Shown piece by piece: positions 44,648-54,844 of a stretch of 64,000 nt of DNA. The stretch's first letter is position 1, and each line of letters starts with the position of its first letter. Position numbers and translations under genes: made by a program. This DNA comes from an uncultured Alphaproteobacteria bacterium (GTDB lineage: Bacteria > Pseudomonadota > Alphaproteobacteria > HIMB59 > GCA-002718135), in assembly GCA_902621855.1 (NCBI GenBank), contig CACNNQ010000002.1, forward strand, positions 239,984 through 303,983. The letters are read 5' to 3'. The notes under the pieces were generated by a model. It made no database searches. It was not told where the DNA came from and was given only the letters and a program-made list of their open reading frames with translations.

Positions 44648-45450
44648 TGTTTGATGATTTTTTTACTAGAGCATTAGTTACTGGTATTGGTATTGCTATA
44701 ATAACAGGACCGTTAGGTTGCTTAGTAATTTGGAGACGATTATCTTATTTTGGTGATACCTTAGCACACTCTGCCTTATTAGGAGTAACTTTAGCCTATG
44801 CCTTTAGTTTAAATATTGCCTTTTCCGTGTTTGTAATATCTGCGGTCATTGCTCTACTTCTTCTCAACCTTCAAAAAAGGACTAGATTAGCCGGGGACTC
44901 ATTACTTGGATTATTAGCTCACTCTACTCTTGCGATTGGTTTGGTTTTAATTGGTTTTTTATCGAGTATTCGTTTTGATATTATGGGATTACTATTTGGG
45001 GATATTTTATCAGTAACTGTAGAAGACATCGCTCTAGTATGGATTGGTGGTTTTATAATTTTGGTAATTTTATATTTTATTTGGAAATCATTATTTTCAG
45101 CAACAGTTAATTTTGACCTTGCTTTCGCAGAGGGGATGCAACCTAACGTATATAATATGATTTTTACCCTTCTACTTGCTGGAGTTATTGCATTATCTAT
45201 AAAAATGATTGGTACTCTTTTAATTACAGGATTACTAATAATACCGGCAGCGGCATCGAGAAATATCACTAACAATCCAAAACAAATGGTATTTGTAGCT
45301 ATATTAATTGGCATTTTATCTGTTACAATTGGTTTATTTACTTCTTTAGAATTAAACACCTCTTCAGGGCCATCAATTATTGTTATAGCGATAATATTAT
45401 TTATTATTTCACTTATACCACTAGAGTTAAGAGGTAAGTTGCAAAAATGA
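44647..45450 (+). CDS. znuB: Zinc ABC transporter permease
   Basis: 267 aa, multi-TM, ABC-3 family-like. Overlaps the znuC stop. Confidence 0.85.
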   Translation: MFDDFFTRALVTGIGIAIITGPLGCLVIWRRLSYFGDTLAHSALLGVTLAYAFSLNIAFSVFVISAVIALLLLNLQKRTRLAGDSLLGLLAHSTLAIGLVLIGFLSSIRFDIMGLLFGDILSVTVEDIALVWIGGFIILVILYFIWKSLFSATVNFDLAFAEGMQPNVYNMIFTLLLAGVIALSIKMIGTLLITGLLIIPAAASRNITNNPKQMVFVAILIGILSVTIGLFTSLELNTSSGPSIIVIAIILFIISLIPLELRGKLQK

Positions 45451-45464
45451 AAACAATTTGGTAA

Positions 45465-45878
45465 TTGAGTTTTATGGCATTAGCATCAGAAAATTTAACC
45501 AAAAACCAGCAAACAGTTCTCAACGTCCTAGAAAACTCATCTGAGCCCATGAAGGCATATACGATTCTTTATGATATACAAAAAAAGGGAATAAAATCTC
45601 CTCTTCAAGTTTACAGAGCTCTCGATAAATTAATAGAAATTGGAAAAGTACACAAAATAGAAAGCAGAAATTCATATGTTGCTTGTAAGCATGAAGGCTG
45701 TAATGCAAAAACTTCTACATCTTTTTTGATATGTGAAAATTGTGATAGTGTTACTGAGTTAATCGGAAATAATTTGTTTTCTTATTTTTCAAAACAAGCA
45801 GAAAAGAATAACTTTAATTATAAAAAACATAATTTAGAAATAATTGGTCTGTGCGAAAATTGTAAATTAAAAAACTAA
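45465..45878 (+). CDS. zur: Fur family zinc uptake regulator
   Basis: About 135 aa. Winged helix plus CxxC pairs (CENCDSV and CENCK). The ATG at 45474 is the more likely start than the TTG at 45465. Confidence 0.75.
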   Translation: MSFMALASENLTKNQQTVLNVLENSSEPMKAYTILYDIQKKGIKSPLQVYRALDKLIEIGKVHKIESRNSYVACKHEGCNAKTSTSFLICENCDSVTELIGNNLFSYFSKQAEKNNFNYKKHNLEIIGLCENCKLKN

Positions 45879-46669
45879 TTTATTAAATTATCAATCTTAT
45901 TGAGACATTTATTTAATCCAAGATCGTATTTTGTTCGTATAAAATGCTCTTGTACTATTTCAACCCATTTAAATTTTTGTAGCGTTTGATGAGATATGTA
46001 AAAACAATTTAATGGAAAAGACATATTAAACATTTTTAATATTTCTTGTCTTATTACATCGTTGGTCAACACTGCCAAAGATTCATGAATATATTTTTCT
46101 ACAATTTTTTGATCACTTAAAGATGTTTTAGGTAAACTAAATAAACCTCTAAATCTAAAGTATCGATAAATTCTTAAGTAATCTTCTTTAATTCTATCCT
46201 CTATTTCACCAATAAAACAAATTTTACTTTCATTTAAATCTGATTGACCATTGTAATAATCATGTAGTTTATTATTGTTTCCAACATATAAAGCATTGAA
46301 AGTAAAATCTCTTCTGGCTGAATCTTTTTTCCAGCTGTTGGTGTAAATTACATTTGTATGTCTTCCCATTTGATTAATATCTTCACGTAAAGTTGTAATT
46401 TGTATTTTTTGATTATGAGGATAAGCAATTATAGATCCATATTGAATAGCAAAATCATCATATTCAATATTGTTCTCTTTTAGTAATGACAAAACATCCT
46501 GAGGCTCCAAAGTTGTTGCTGTATCAATATCTTTGATTTCTCTTTCAAGAAGAGCATCTCGTATACATCCTCCTACTAATCGAATTTCAATATTATTTTC
46601 TTTAAAGATAGATATTAAAAACTTAACATGCTCCAGATTCAATAAATTTGTAATTTTATTTATTTCCAT
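45875..46669 (-). CDS. tRNA nucleotidyltransferase / poly(A) polymerase family protein, unusually short
   Basis: 264 aa with head-domain motifs LVGGCIRDALL, ...DIDTAT and RRDFTFNALY. It lacks the usual C-terminal body/tail length. Confidence 0.7.
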   Translation of the reverse strand: MEINKITNLLNLEHVKFLISIFKENNIEIRLVGGCIRDALLEREIKDIDTATTLEPQDVLSLLKENNIEYDDFAIQYGSIIAYPHNQKIQITTLREDINQMGRHTNVIYTNSWKKDSARRDFTFNALYVGNNNKLHDYYNGQSDLNESKICFIGEIEDRIKEDYLRIYRYFRFRGLFSLPKTSLSDQKIVEKYIHESLAVLTNDVIRQEILKMFNMSFPLNCFYISHQTLQKFKWVEIVQEHFIRTKYDLGLNKCLNKIDNLIN

Positions 46670-46710
46670 TATCTAGCTATTTCCTCAAAACAATTTATAT
46701 TACAATAACA

Positions 46711-47319
46711 ATGTCGACTTCTTCAAAAGAAAATGCAGCAGAAATATTTGAGGATATAAAGAAAAATTTAACTAGAGGAGTTAAAGATAGAAAACACGCA
46801 TTTCATACACCAGTCTTTAGTAATATTGATAGTGAGGGTGGAATAGATTCTAGAGTTGTAGTCTTAAGAAAATTTGATCCCAGTAGCATGACACTAAATT
46901 TTCACACAGACTTTAGATCTCCCAAAGTACCTAATTTAAAAAAAAATAGTAGTTCTCAATTTGTTTTTTATGATCATAAATTAAAAATTCAAATGCGAAT
47001 CAAAACAACGTCTTTAGTTAATAATCAAAATGATAAAGCTAAAGAAATGTGGGACAAAACAAGATTGTTTAGTAGAAAATGTTACTTAACATTAAAAAAT
47101 CCAAGTTCAATCACTGAGATTCCAGAAGATGGTATCCCTGAACATCTGATTGGCAAGGAACCCAGTCATGATGAAAGTGAAAAAGGATATAAAAATTTTA
47201 CAGTAGTTGAAAATAAAATTAATGAAATTGATTGGCTTTATTTAGAAATTTCAGGTCATCGTAGATTAAAATTAAAATTTAAAAATAATGAACCAGAGTA
47301 TAATTGGTTAATACCTTAA
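46711..47319 (+). CDS. Pyridoxamine 5'-phosphate oxidase-like FMN-binding family protein
   Basis: 202 aa. Motif SRVVVLRKFD and a C-terminal pattern (IDWLYLEISGHRRLKLKF...W) resembling PNPOx-family ends. Confidence 0.5.
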   Translation: MSTSSKENAAEIFEDIKKNLTRGVKDRKHAFHTPVFSNIDSEGGIDSRVVVLRKFDPSSMTLNFHTDFRSPKVPNLKKNSSSQFVFYDHKLKIQMRIKTTSLVNNQNDKAKEMWDKTRLFSRKCYLTLKNPSSITEIPEDGIPEHLIGKEPSHDESEKGYKNFTVVENKINEIDWLYLEISGHRRLKLKFKNNEPEYNWLIP

Positions 47320-48149
47320 TATAGCTTAAAATTATCAATAATTCTTATATCACCAATATATAAAGCAATAAATAATCTAGCTTCAGAATAATTTTTTATT
47401 ATTTCTAAATTATTTTCATTTCTTATCTCTAAATAGTCAATTTTATTTATATTATTTTGAAGAAGCTCTATTTTTAATTGATCTAAATTATTAATATCAT
47501 TTTGTGTTAATAGATTAATATGTTCTTTAATTTTATTTCCTAATACATTGAAAATTTTTAATTGATCATTAGAAAATTTAGAGTTCCTTGAAGATAAACT
47601 CATACCCATTTTATCTCGTACAGATGGACATTGAATTATTTTAATATTGTGATGGTTAATTTTTACTAAATCTTGTATTATTTTTACTTGCTGAAAATCC
47701 TTCTCACCAAAATAACTATTCGTTGGTTTAATCATATTAAAAAAAAGATCCACAACAGTAGTAACTCCATCAAAATGGCCAGGTCGAAATTTATCACATA
47801 AAATATTTCTAAAATTGTTTACAATTTTTTTCTTTACCAATCCTTTAGGGTATATCTCTTGAACTTCAGGTAAGAAGAGTAAATCACAACCAATATTTTC
47901 TAATTTAGAAATATCTTCATCAATTGTCTTTGGATAAGAATTGAAATCATTGTCATTGTTAAATTGAGTAGGATTAATAAATATTGAGCAGATCACAAAT
48001 TCGTTATGTAATTGTGCTTCTCTGATGAGAGATAAATGTCCATCGTGTAAGTTTCCCATTGTTAAAACTAAACCAATAGATTGGCCCTTGTCTTTGATTG
48101 AGACTAAATTTGGCTCTAATTCACTAACTTTTCTGAAAATTTTCATCAA
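47316..48149 (-). CDS. panC: Pantoate--beta-alanine ligase
   Basis: 277 aa with motifs TMGNLHDGHLSLI and FGEKDFQQ. Confidence 0.9.
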   Translation of the reverse strand: MMKIFRKVSELEPNLVSIKDKGQSIGLVLTMGNLHDGHLSLIREAQLHNEFVICSIFINPTQFNNDNDFNSYPKTIDEDISKLENIGCDLLFLPEVQEIYPKGLVKKKIVNNFRNILCDKFRPGHFDGVTTVVDLFFNMIKPTNSYFGEKDFQQVKIIQDLVKINHHNIKIIQCPSVRDKMGMSLSSRNSKFSNDQLKIFNVLGNKIKEHINLLTQNDINNLDQLKIELLQNNINKIDYLEIRNENNLEIIKNYSEARLFIALYIGDIRIIDNFKLY

Positions 48150-48208
48150 TTACATAAGTAAATATTTGACTTATATATAATGAATTCGTATTAGGCCCAA
48201 AGACTATT

Positions 48209-48343
48209 ATGAAAAGAACCTATCAACCTAGTAGAATAATAAGAAAAAGAAGACACGGCTTTAGAGCTAGAATGGCAACTAAAGCTGGTCGGCAAATTAT
48301 AAATAGAAGACGTGCAAAAGGTAGAGCTCAACTAAGTGCTTAA
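48209..48343 (+). CDS. rpmH: 50S ribosomal protein L34
   Basis: 44 aa, [44 protein letters not shown]. Not in the ORF track because it is too short. Precedes rnpA. Confidence 0.95.
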   Translation: MKRTYQPSRIIRKRRHGFRARMATKAGRQIINRRRAKGRAQLSA

Positions 48344-48351
48344 ATGGCCTA

Positions 48352-48684
48352 ATGGCCCAAAAATTATTTACGATAAAAAAAAGATCGACCTTTGTTTTAA
48401 TCCGAGACAAAGGAAATTTTGTAAAAGGAAAAAATATGAATATCCAAATATTGCGTAATCAAGAGCTAAGTAATTCTATTGGTGTAGGTTACACAGCTTC
48501 AAAAAAAATTGGGAATGCAGTAAAAAGAAATAAGGCCAAAAGAATAATGAGGGAATTATCTAGAAAAATAATTATTAATTGTAAAACAAATACTTATTTT
48601 GTGTTAATAGCTAAAGCTTCTTTATTGAAAGAAAAATTTGGCATACTATTAAAAGAATTGGAGACGAATTTAAATGATAATTAA
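48352..48684 (+). CDS. rnpA: Ribonuclease P protein component
   Basis: 110 aa with motif GYTASKKIGNAVKRNKAKRIMRE. rpmH-rnpA synteny. Confidence 0.85.
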   Translation: MAQKLFTIKKRSTFVLIRDKGNFVKGKNMNIQILRNQELSNSIGVGYTASKKIGNAVKRNKAKRIMRELSRKIIINCKTNTYFVLIAKASLLKEKFGILLKELETNLNDN

Positions 48685-48916
48685 GATTATTACATTTTTT
48701 CTACTTTCAACAATTAAATTTTACCAATTTTTTATTTCACCAATACTTGGACAAAATTGTAGATATTTACCAACATGTTCTGAATATACAATACAAGCAA
48801 TTAAAAAATTTGGGCTAATTAAAGGAACCACTTTATCTTTGAATAGAATTTCAAAATGTCATCCTTGGGGAAATCATGGTTATGATCCAGTGCCAAAAAA
48901 AGTAGAGGATAAATAA
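48674..48916 (+). CDS. yidD: Membrane protein insertion efficiency factor
   Basis: 80 aa. FYQFFISPILGQNCRYLPTCSEY and ...CHPWGNHGYDPVP. Confidence 0.9.
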   Translation: MIIKIITFFLLSTIKFYQFFISPILGQNCRYLPTCSEYTIQAIKKFGLIKGTTLSLNRISKCHPWGNHGYDPVPKKVEDK

Positions 48917-50640
48917 TGAACGAACAAAGAAATTTGTACTTGGCAATAGGGATTTCCATAGCAATAATAATTTTCTTCCAAATGTTAATCCCTACTCAAC
49001 CAATTAATCCACCAACTTCAATAGATGATGAGACAATTGAACCAGCTAAATCAATTAGTGATTCAAATCAAGATATCAATGAAATAAAATCACGTGATGA
49101 CGTTATCAGTGCAAATAATAGAGTAACTTTTAAAACAAATTCTATTCAAGGTTCAATTAATTTAAAAGGTGGTGTTCTTGATGACTTAACATTGTCAAAA
49201 TATAAAGAAAGTTTAGATATAAATTCTGAAAATATTCACTTACTATCCCCTAATGGGACATTAAACCCATATTTTATTGAAACTGGATGGATTAACAATA
49301 ATGAAATTGAAGTTCCAAATCAAAACACTATTTGGAAATCAAATTCTTCTTCGTTAAGTCCTTCTAATCCAGTTACCCTTGAGTGGACTAATAGCAAAAA
49401 TATTACTTTTAAGAAAATTTTTACAATAGATGATAATTACATGTTTAGCATTACTCAAGAAATAGAAAACAAAAGCAATGAAGAGATTGAAATATATCCA
49501 TACCGTGTAATAAAAAGAATTAACACACCAGATACAATTGGTTTTTTTATTTTACATGAAGGATTAATTAGTCTTGTTGATGATGAATTACTTGAGAAAA
49601 ATTATGATGACCTTGCAGAAGATTGCACAAAGTCTCTTCAAAACTTAAAAAAATCATTTTGTGATAAAAATTCTACTAATGGTGGTTGGTTAGGTTTTAC
49701 AGATAAGTATTGGATGTCTGCCTTGATACCTGAAGCTGATCAATCAATTAGAGTTGAACATAGACATTCAAATAAAGGAAGAGATAATTATAGTAGTGGT
49801 TACATAGGTCAAAAATATTTAGTTAATAAAAATGATAGTCTAGTCTACAATGGTAAATTATTTGTAGGTGCTAAAAAATTAGATATTTTAAGCGAGTATG
49901 ATGAAAATTTATCAATACCTCGATTTACAGACGCTATAGATTGGGGATGGTTTAGTTTCCTTACAAAACCTGTATCATATGCAATCAATTGGTTTTATGG
50001 TTATGCCGGAAATTTCGGCTTAGCAATCATTGCTTTTACAATTCTAATGAGACTTTTACTTTTCCCACTAGCTCAGGCTTCGTTCAAGTCGATGGCCAAG
50101 ATGAAAAAATTACAACCAGATATGCAAAGATTAAAAGAAACCTATCCAAATGATAGACAAAAAATGCAACAGGAATTAATGGCTTTGTACAAGAGAGAGG
50201 GAGCTAATCCAGTTGCTGGTTGTTTACCTATTTTAGTTCAAATACCTATTTTCTTTTCATTATATAAGGTTTTATTTGTAACTATTGAAATGTACCACGC
50301 ACCTTTTTATGGGTGGATCCATGATTTATCTGCTCCAGATCCACTAGGATTAATGACATTATTTGGGTTAATACCATGGAATGTTCCTCCTCTGTTATCA
50401 ATAATAGATATTGGAATTTTACCAATAATTATGGGATTTACTATGTGGCTGCAACAAAAACTAAATCCTGCACCCGCTGATCCAACACAAGCGAGGATTT
50501 TTGCACTTTTACCTTTTATCTTCACATTTGTTTTAGCTGGGTTTGCCGCTGGACTTGTCCTTTATTGGTCAGTTAATAATATTCTATCAATAGCTCAACA
50601 ATGGTTCATCCAGAGAAGAATCTTAGCCAAAAATGGCTAG
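48916..50640 (+). CDS. yidC: Membrane protein insertase YidC
   Basis: 574 aa with a large periplasmic domain and a conserved 60-kDa insertase core (LLFPLAQASFKSMAKMKKLQP..., GCLPILVQIPIFF). Confidence 0.9.
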   Translation: MNEQRNLYLAIGISIAIIIFFQMLIPTQPINPPTSIDDETIEPAKSISDSNQDINEIKSRDDVISANNRVTFKTNSIQGSINLKGGVLDDLTLSKYKESLDINSENIHLLSPNGTLNPYFIETGWINNNEIEVPNQNTIWKSNSSSLSPSNPVTLEWTNSKNITFKKIFTIDDNYMFSITQEIENKSNEEIEIYPYRVIKRINTPDTIGFFILHEGLISLVDDELLEKNYDDLAEDCTKSLQNLKKSFCDKNSTNGGWLGFTDKYWMSALIPEADQSIRVEHRHSNKGRDNYSSGYIGQKYLVNKNDSLVYNGKLFVGAKKLDILSEYDENLSIPRFTDAIDWGWFSFLTKPVSYAINWFYGYAGNFGLAIIAFTILMRLLLFPLAQASFKSMAKMKKLQPDMQRLKETYPNDRQKMQQELMALYKREGANPVAGCLPILVQIPIFFSLYKVLFVTIEMYHAPFYGWIHDLSAPDPLGLMTLFGLIPWNVPPLLSIIDIGILPIIMGFTMWLQQKLNPAPADPTQARIFALLPFIFTFVLAGFAAGLVLYWSVNNILSIAQQWFIQRRILAKNG

Positions 50641-51253
50641 TTCAAATAAAAATTTAAATAATTTCTTTCTAAAAAATAAATTTTTGGGATCTTATGAATC
50701 TACAGCGTATATTCCAGAATTAGTTGTCAAAAAAGAATGCTGTTTTATTGGCAGATCAAATGTTGGAAAGTCAAGTTTAATTAATGCAATAACTAAAACA
50801 AAGAAACTTGCAAAAACAAGTAAAACACCTGGTAGAACACAATCAATCAATATATTTGAAATAGATAATAAAATTAATTTAGTAGATTTACCTGGATATG
50901 GTTTTGCAAAAGTTTCAAAAATAAAAAGAGAGAATCTTATGCTGCTAATTGAAGATTATATAAAAAAAAGAAATAATTTAAGTCATATATATTTATTGAT
51001 TGATTCAAAAATCGGTTTAAAAAACTCTGATATTGATATGATAGATTACATAAATTATTGTAAAAAAATATTTTCAATCATTTTAACAAAAATAGATAAG
51101 GTATCAAAAAATCATATAAATTTACAAAATAAATCAGTTATAAGTTTAATGAAAAACTATAAAAAAACTTTTAAAAATATATATTTTTCAGAAACGAAAA
51201 AAAATAATGGTATTATTGATATTCAAAAATCAATATACAAATTGACAGAATAA
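50633..51253 (+). CDS. engB: Ribosome biogenesis GTP-binding protein YihA/YsxC
   Basis: 206 aa. G1 GRSNVGKSSLINA and G3 DLPGYGFA. Confidence 0.85.
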   Translation: MASSNKNLNNFFLKNKFLGSYESTAYIPELVVKKECCFIGRSNVGKSSLINAITKTKKLAKTSKTPGRTQSINIFEIDNKINLVDLPGYGFAKVSKIKRENLMLLIEDYIKKRNNLSHIYLLIDSKIGLKNSDIDMIDYINYCKKIFSIILTKIDKVSKNHINLQNKSVISLMKNYKKTFKNIYFSETKKNNGIIDIQKSIYKLTE

Positions 51254-51255
51254 TA

Positions 51256-52170
51256 ATGAAATTTGATCTTTTATCTGAAAGTGATCAGGCTTACTTTATC
51301 CATAAAGCTTCAACACTAGTTGAGGCCCTCCCTTACATACGTGAACACAATGGAGATATCATAGTTATAAAATATGGTGGTCACGCAATGGGTGATATAA
51401 AATTATCAAAGAGTTTTGCTAAAGACGTGAGCTTGCTTAAAGAGATAGGCATATTTCCTATTATTGTACATGGTGGAGGTCCACAGATTGGAGAGAGATT
51501 AAAAAATAAAAATATAAAATCAAAATTTGTTAAAGGCTTAAGAGTTACAGATCGAGAGACTATAAAAATAGTTGAAGAAGTACTTTCTAAAGATATTAAT
51601 TCAGAAATTGTAAAATCTATCTCCTCTTCAGGTGGAAAGGCAATTGGAATTTCAGGAAACGTAGATAAACTGATTGAAGCGTCTAAACTAAAAATTGAAG
51701 TAAAAGATAGTGATTCTAATATCGAAAAAATTATTGATGTTGGTTTCGTAGGTGAACCAAAAAAACTTAATAAAAAAATTATCTTAGATCTTATAGAACA
51801 GGGAATAATACCTGTGATTGCTCCTTTAGGTATTGATATTGATAATTCTTCATATAACATAAATGCTGATACAGCAGCAGGATTTATAGCTGGGGAGCTT
51901 AAAGCAAGCAAATTACTTCTATTAACTGACGTAGCAGGAATAAGGGATAGCAATAATAAATTAATTTCCACATTAAATATAAGTGAGGCTAAAAAAATTA
52001 TGAATGAAAGTTTCATATTTGGAGGAATGGTCCCAAAAATTCAAACGTGTATTAATGCTATGGAAAAAGGAGTTAACAAATCTACAATATTAGATGGAAG
52101 AATACCCCACTCTGTTATATTAGAATTATTTACAGAACACGGTATTGGAACTCAATTAGTGTCTAATTAA
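51256..52170 (+). CDS. argB: Acetylglutamate kinase
   Basis: 304 aa with motifs IVIKYGGHAM, VHGGGPQI and NINADTAAG. Confidence 0.9.
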   Translation: MKFDLLSESDQAYFIHKASTLVEALPYIREHNGDIIVIKYGGHAMGDIKLSKSFAKDVSLLKEIGIFPIIVHGGGPQIGERLKNKNIKSKFVKGLRVTDRETIKIVEEVLSKDINSEIVKSISSSGGKAIGISGNVDKLIEASKLKIEVKDSDSNIEKIIDVGFVGEPKKLNKKIILDLIEQGIIPVIAPLGIDIDNSSYNINADTAAGFIAGELKASKLLLLTDVAGIRDSNNKLISTLNISEAKKIMNESFIFGGMVPKIQTCINAMEKGVNKSTILDGRIPHSVILELFTEHGIGTQLVSN

Positions 52171-52845
52171 ATGAAATTTAAAGAGAAAATAAATACTTGG
52201 ATTTTTGATTTAGACAATACTTTGTATTCAGCCGATAGTGGAATTTTTCAACAAGTGCATAAATTGATGGGTGAGTTTATTTCTAAAAATTTAAAGATGG
52301 ATATGGTAGAAGCTAAAAAACTTCAATCAAAATACTATAAACAACATGGAACTACACTAAGAGGTTTGATGGACAACCATGGAATTGAACCTGATTATTT
52401 CTTAGATGAAGTGCATAAATTAGATTATTCTATTGTTGGCCCTGATGAAATATTAAAAAAAGAGTTAGAAAAAATTCAAGGTAGAAAAATAATATATACA
52501 AATGCAAATAAAAAGCATGTTGTTGACGTACTTGAAAGAATAAATCTAGCTAATTTTTTTGATGAAATATTTGATATTAAAATGGCTAACTATATCCCTA
52601 AACCAGAAATTAGACCTTATGAACAAATTATTGATATATTCAATATTAACCCAAGCTCTTCAGCAATGTTTGATGATATAGCAAAAAACTTAGTTCCAGC
52701 AAAAAAAGTTGGTTTTACTCCAGTATGGGTAGATGCTGGTTATGAAAATTTTAGTGATGACATTCAAGCCTCAAAGGATTATTTAGATTATAGCACTAGA
52801 AATTTAAGTTCATTTTTAAAAGATATAAATGAGGAAATAATATGA
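52171..52845 (+). CDS. HAD-superfamily hydrolase, pyrimidine 5'-nucleotidase-like
   Basis: 224 aa with HAD motif [11 protein letters not shown]. The argB-HAD-dapD arrangement is typical of alphaproteobacteria. Confidence 0.65.
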   Translation: MKFKEKINTWIFDLDNTLYSADSGIFQQVHKLMGEFISKNLKMDMVEAKKLQSKYYKQHGTTLRGLMDNHGIEPDYFLDEVHKLDYSIVGPDEILKKELEKIQGRKIIYTNANKKHVVDVLERINLANFFDEIFDIKMANYIPKPEIRPYEQIIDIFNINPSSSAMFDDIAKNLVPAKKVGFTPVWVDAGYENFSDDIQASKDYLDYSTRNLSSFLKDINEEII

Positions 52846-53666
52846 GTGATCTTGAAAGCATTATTAACAAAGCTTTTGAAAATAGAGAAAAAATTAATAT
52901 TAATACTACTGGTGATATTAGAAATGCAGTAGATGAAACATTGAATAATCTGGACAGTGGCATCATAAGAGTATGTGAAAAAATTAACAATGAATGGCTG
53001 GTAAATCAATGGATTAAAAAAGCGATCCTGTTAAGTTTCAGATTATATGATAATGAAATAATAAAAGCATCACATGCTACTTGGTTTGACAAAGTAGAAA
53101 GTAAAACTTTAAATTGGTCAAAAGATGATCATCTTAAAGCTGGATTTAGATATGTCCCAGATGCTGTAGTAAGAAAATCTGCATTTATTGCCAAAGGGGT
53201 TGTATTGATGCCTTCATTTGTAAATCTTGGAGCATATGTTGATGAGGGAACAATGATAGATACTTGGGCGACAGTTGGCTCTTGTGCTCAGATAGGAAAG
53301 AACTGCCATATATCAGGAGGAGCAGGAATTGGTGGCGTACTTGAACCTCTCCAAGCAAATCCAGTAATAATTGAAGACAATTGTTTTATAGGAGCCAGGA
53401 GTGAAGTAGCTGAAGGTGTAATTGTTGGTGAAGGTGCAGTTTTATCAATGGGCGTATTTATTGGAGCATCGACAAAAATTGTTGATCGATCAACTGGAGA
53501 AATTCATATGGGAAAAGTTCCAGCTTATTCTGTTGTTGTACCAGGTACCTTGCCAGGAAAAAAAGAGGGGGGTGTTAATCCTTCTTTATACTGCGCAGTT
53601 ATTGTTAAAAAAGTTGATGAAAAAACTAGAAGCAAAACATCCATTAATGATCTTTTAAGAGATTAA
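52842..53666 (+). CDS. dapD: 2,3,4,5-tetrahydropyridine-2,6-dicarboxylate N-succinyltransferase
   Basis: 274 aa. Hexapeptide-repeat region ([40 protein letters not shown]). Confidence 0.9.
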   Translation: MSDLESIINKAFENREKININTTGDIRNAVDETLNNLDSGIIRVCEKINNEWLVNQWIKKAILLSFRLYDNEIIKASHATWFDKVESKTLNWSKDDHLKAGFRYVPDAVVRKSAFIAKGVVLMPSFVNLGAYVDEGTMIDTWATVGSCAQIGKNCHISGGAGIGGVLEPLQANPVIIEDNCFIGARSEVAEGVIVGEGAVLSMGVFIGASTKIVDRSTGEIHMGKVPAYSVVVPGTLPGKKEGGVNPSLYCAVIVKKVDEKTRSKTSINDLLRD

Positions 53667-54844
53667 TGTCAGAAGTAAATTTTGATCCAGTAAATCTTAC
53701 ACAATCATTAGTTAAGTGTGCAAGTGTAACTCCGAAAGATGAAGGGGCCTTAACAGTAGTTGAAAATCATCTTAAGGCTATTGGATGTGATTGTCATTCA
53801 TTAACTTTCTCTGGAAACAATTCTTACGAGGTTAAAAATTTATTTGCAACAATAGGCAATGAAGGAAAACATTTTGCTTATGCTGGTCATACAGATGTAG
53901 TTCCAGTAGGAAATGAAAGTTCATGGAAATATCCTCCTTTCTCTGGAAAAATAGATGGAGGTAAACTTTATGGCAGAGGAAGTGAAGATATGAAAAGTAG
54001 TGTAGCTTGTTTCATCAGTGCTTCTAAAAGATTTGTTGATAAGTATAAAAATCTTCCTGGTAAAATTTCATTTATTATTACAGGTGATGAAGAAAGAGAT
54101 TCTGTTAATGGGACGCCAAAGATTCTAGAATGGGCAAGTAAACAAAATTATAAGTTTGATCATTGTCTTGTTGGTGAACCAACTTCAAAAAATGAAGTCG
54201 GCGACAAAGTAAAAATTGGTAGAAGAGGATCAGTAAGTTTCTTTTTTCAGGTTAAAGGCATTCAAGGACATACAGCAAATTCTCATTTAGCTGAAAATTC
54301 ATCGCATCATTTAGTAAGCTTATTAAATAGTATATTGGAAAAACCTTTAGATGAAGGTAACGAAAACTTTTTGCCAACATCAATTCAAATTGCTACTATT
54401 GATATTGGCAATCCTGTTCAAAATGTAATTCCAGAACTGGCTAAAGCAACTGTTAACATTAGATTTAATGACATGCACTCATCCGACTCACTTATAGAAT
54501 GGATCGATAACAAAATACAAAAGATTTTCTCTAAATTAAAAAATGCTAGTTGTACTTATACTTATGATGCAACTGCCGAGTCCTTTCTTAATAAAGCAGG
54601 AGATTTATATAATATTATTTCGCAATCGATTTCTGATGTAACAGGAAGAAATAGTCCACCTGAAAAAGCGACTGATGGTGGCACATCTGATGCAAGATAC
54701 ATAAAAAACTATTGTGAAGTAGTAGAATTAGGGCTTAGAAATCAAACATTACATAAAGTAGATGAATATGTCTTTGTGGAAGATATCATCAAATTAGAAA
54801 GTATTTATTTTAGAATTTTAGAAAATTATTTTGAAGTAAATTAA
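53666..54844 (+). CDS. dapE: Succinyl-diaminopimelate desuccinylase (M20 family)
   Basis: 392 aa with motifs AGHTDVVP, GRGSEDMK and ITGDEE. Follows dapD. Confidence 0.85.
   Translation: MSEVNFDPVNLTQSLVKCASVTPKDEGALTVVENHLKAIGCDCHSLTFSGNNSYEVKNLFATIGNEGKHFAYAGHTDVVPVGNESSWKYPPFSGKIDGGKLYGRGSEDMKSSVACFISASKRFVDKYKNLPGKISFIITGDEERDSVNGTPKILEWASKQNYKFDHCLVGEPTSKNEVGDKVKIGRRGSVSFFFQVKGIQGHTANSHLAENSSHHLVSLLNSILEKPLDEGNENFLPTSIQIATIDIGNPVQNVIPELAKATVNIRFNDMHSSDSLIEWIDNKIQKIFSKLKNASCTYTYDATAESFLNKAGDLYNIISQSISDVTGRNSPPEKATDGGTSDARYIKNYCEVVELGLRNQTLHKVDEYVFVEDIIKLESIYFRILENYFEVN

Noticed and set aside
44919-45359. A 146-aa antisense ORF inside znuB.
   Set aside because: It is a shadow ORF of a well-supported membrane permease gene, with no independent signals.
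48166-48194. TTGACT and TATAAT hexamers upstream of rpmH that look like a sigma-70 promoter.
   Set aside because: TTGACT and TATAAT are only 4 nt apart. The alternative -10 at 17-nt spacing (TATTAG) is weak and leaves almost no leader. The promoter cannot be called with confidence.
51381-52016. A 211-aa antisense ORF inside argB, surprisingly long for an AT-rich genome.
   Set aside because: The sense frame carries unmistakable ArgB motifs. In this antisense phase a stop requires sense Tyr, His or Gln codons preceded by a pyrimidine-ending codon, and these are rare here. The product is S/L/I/F-rich low-complexity sequence typical of shadow ORFs.
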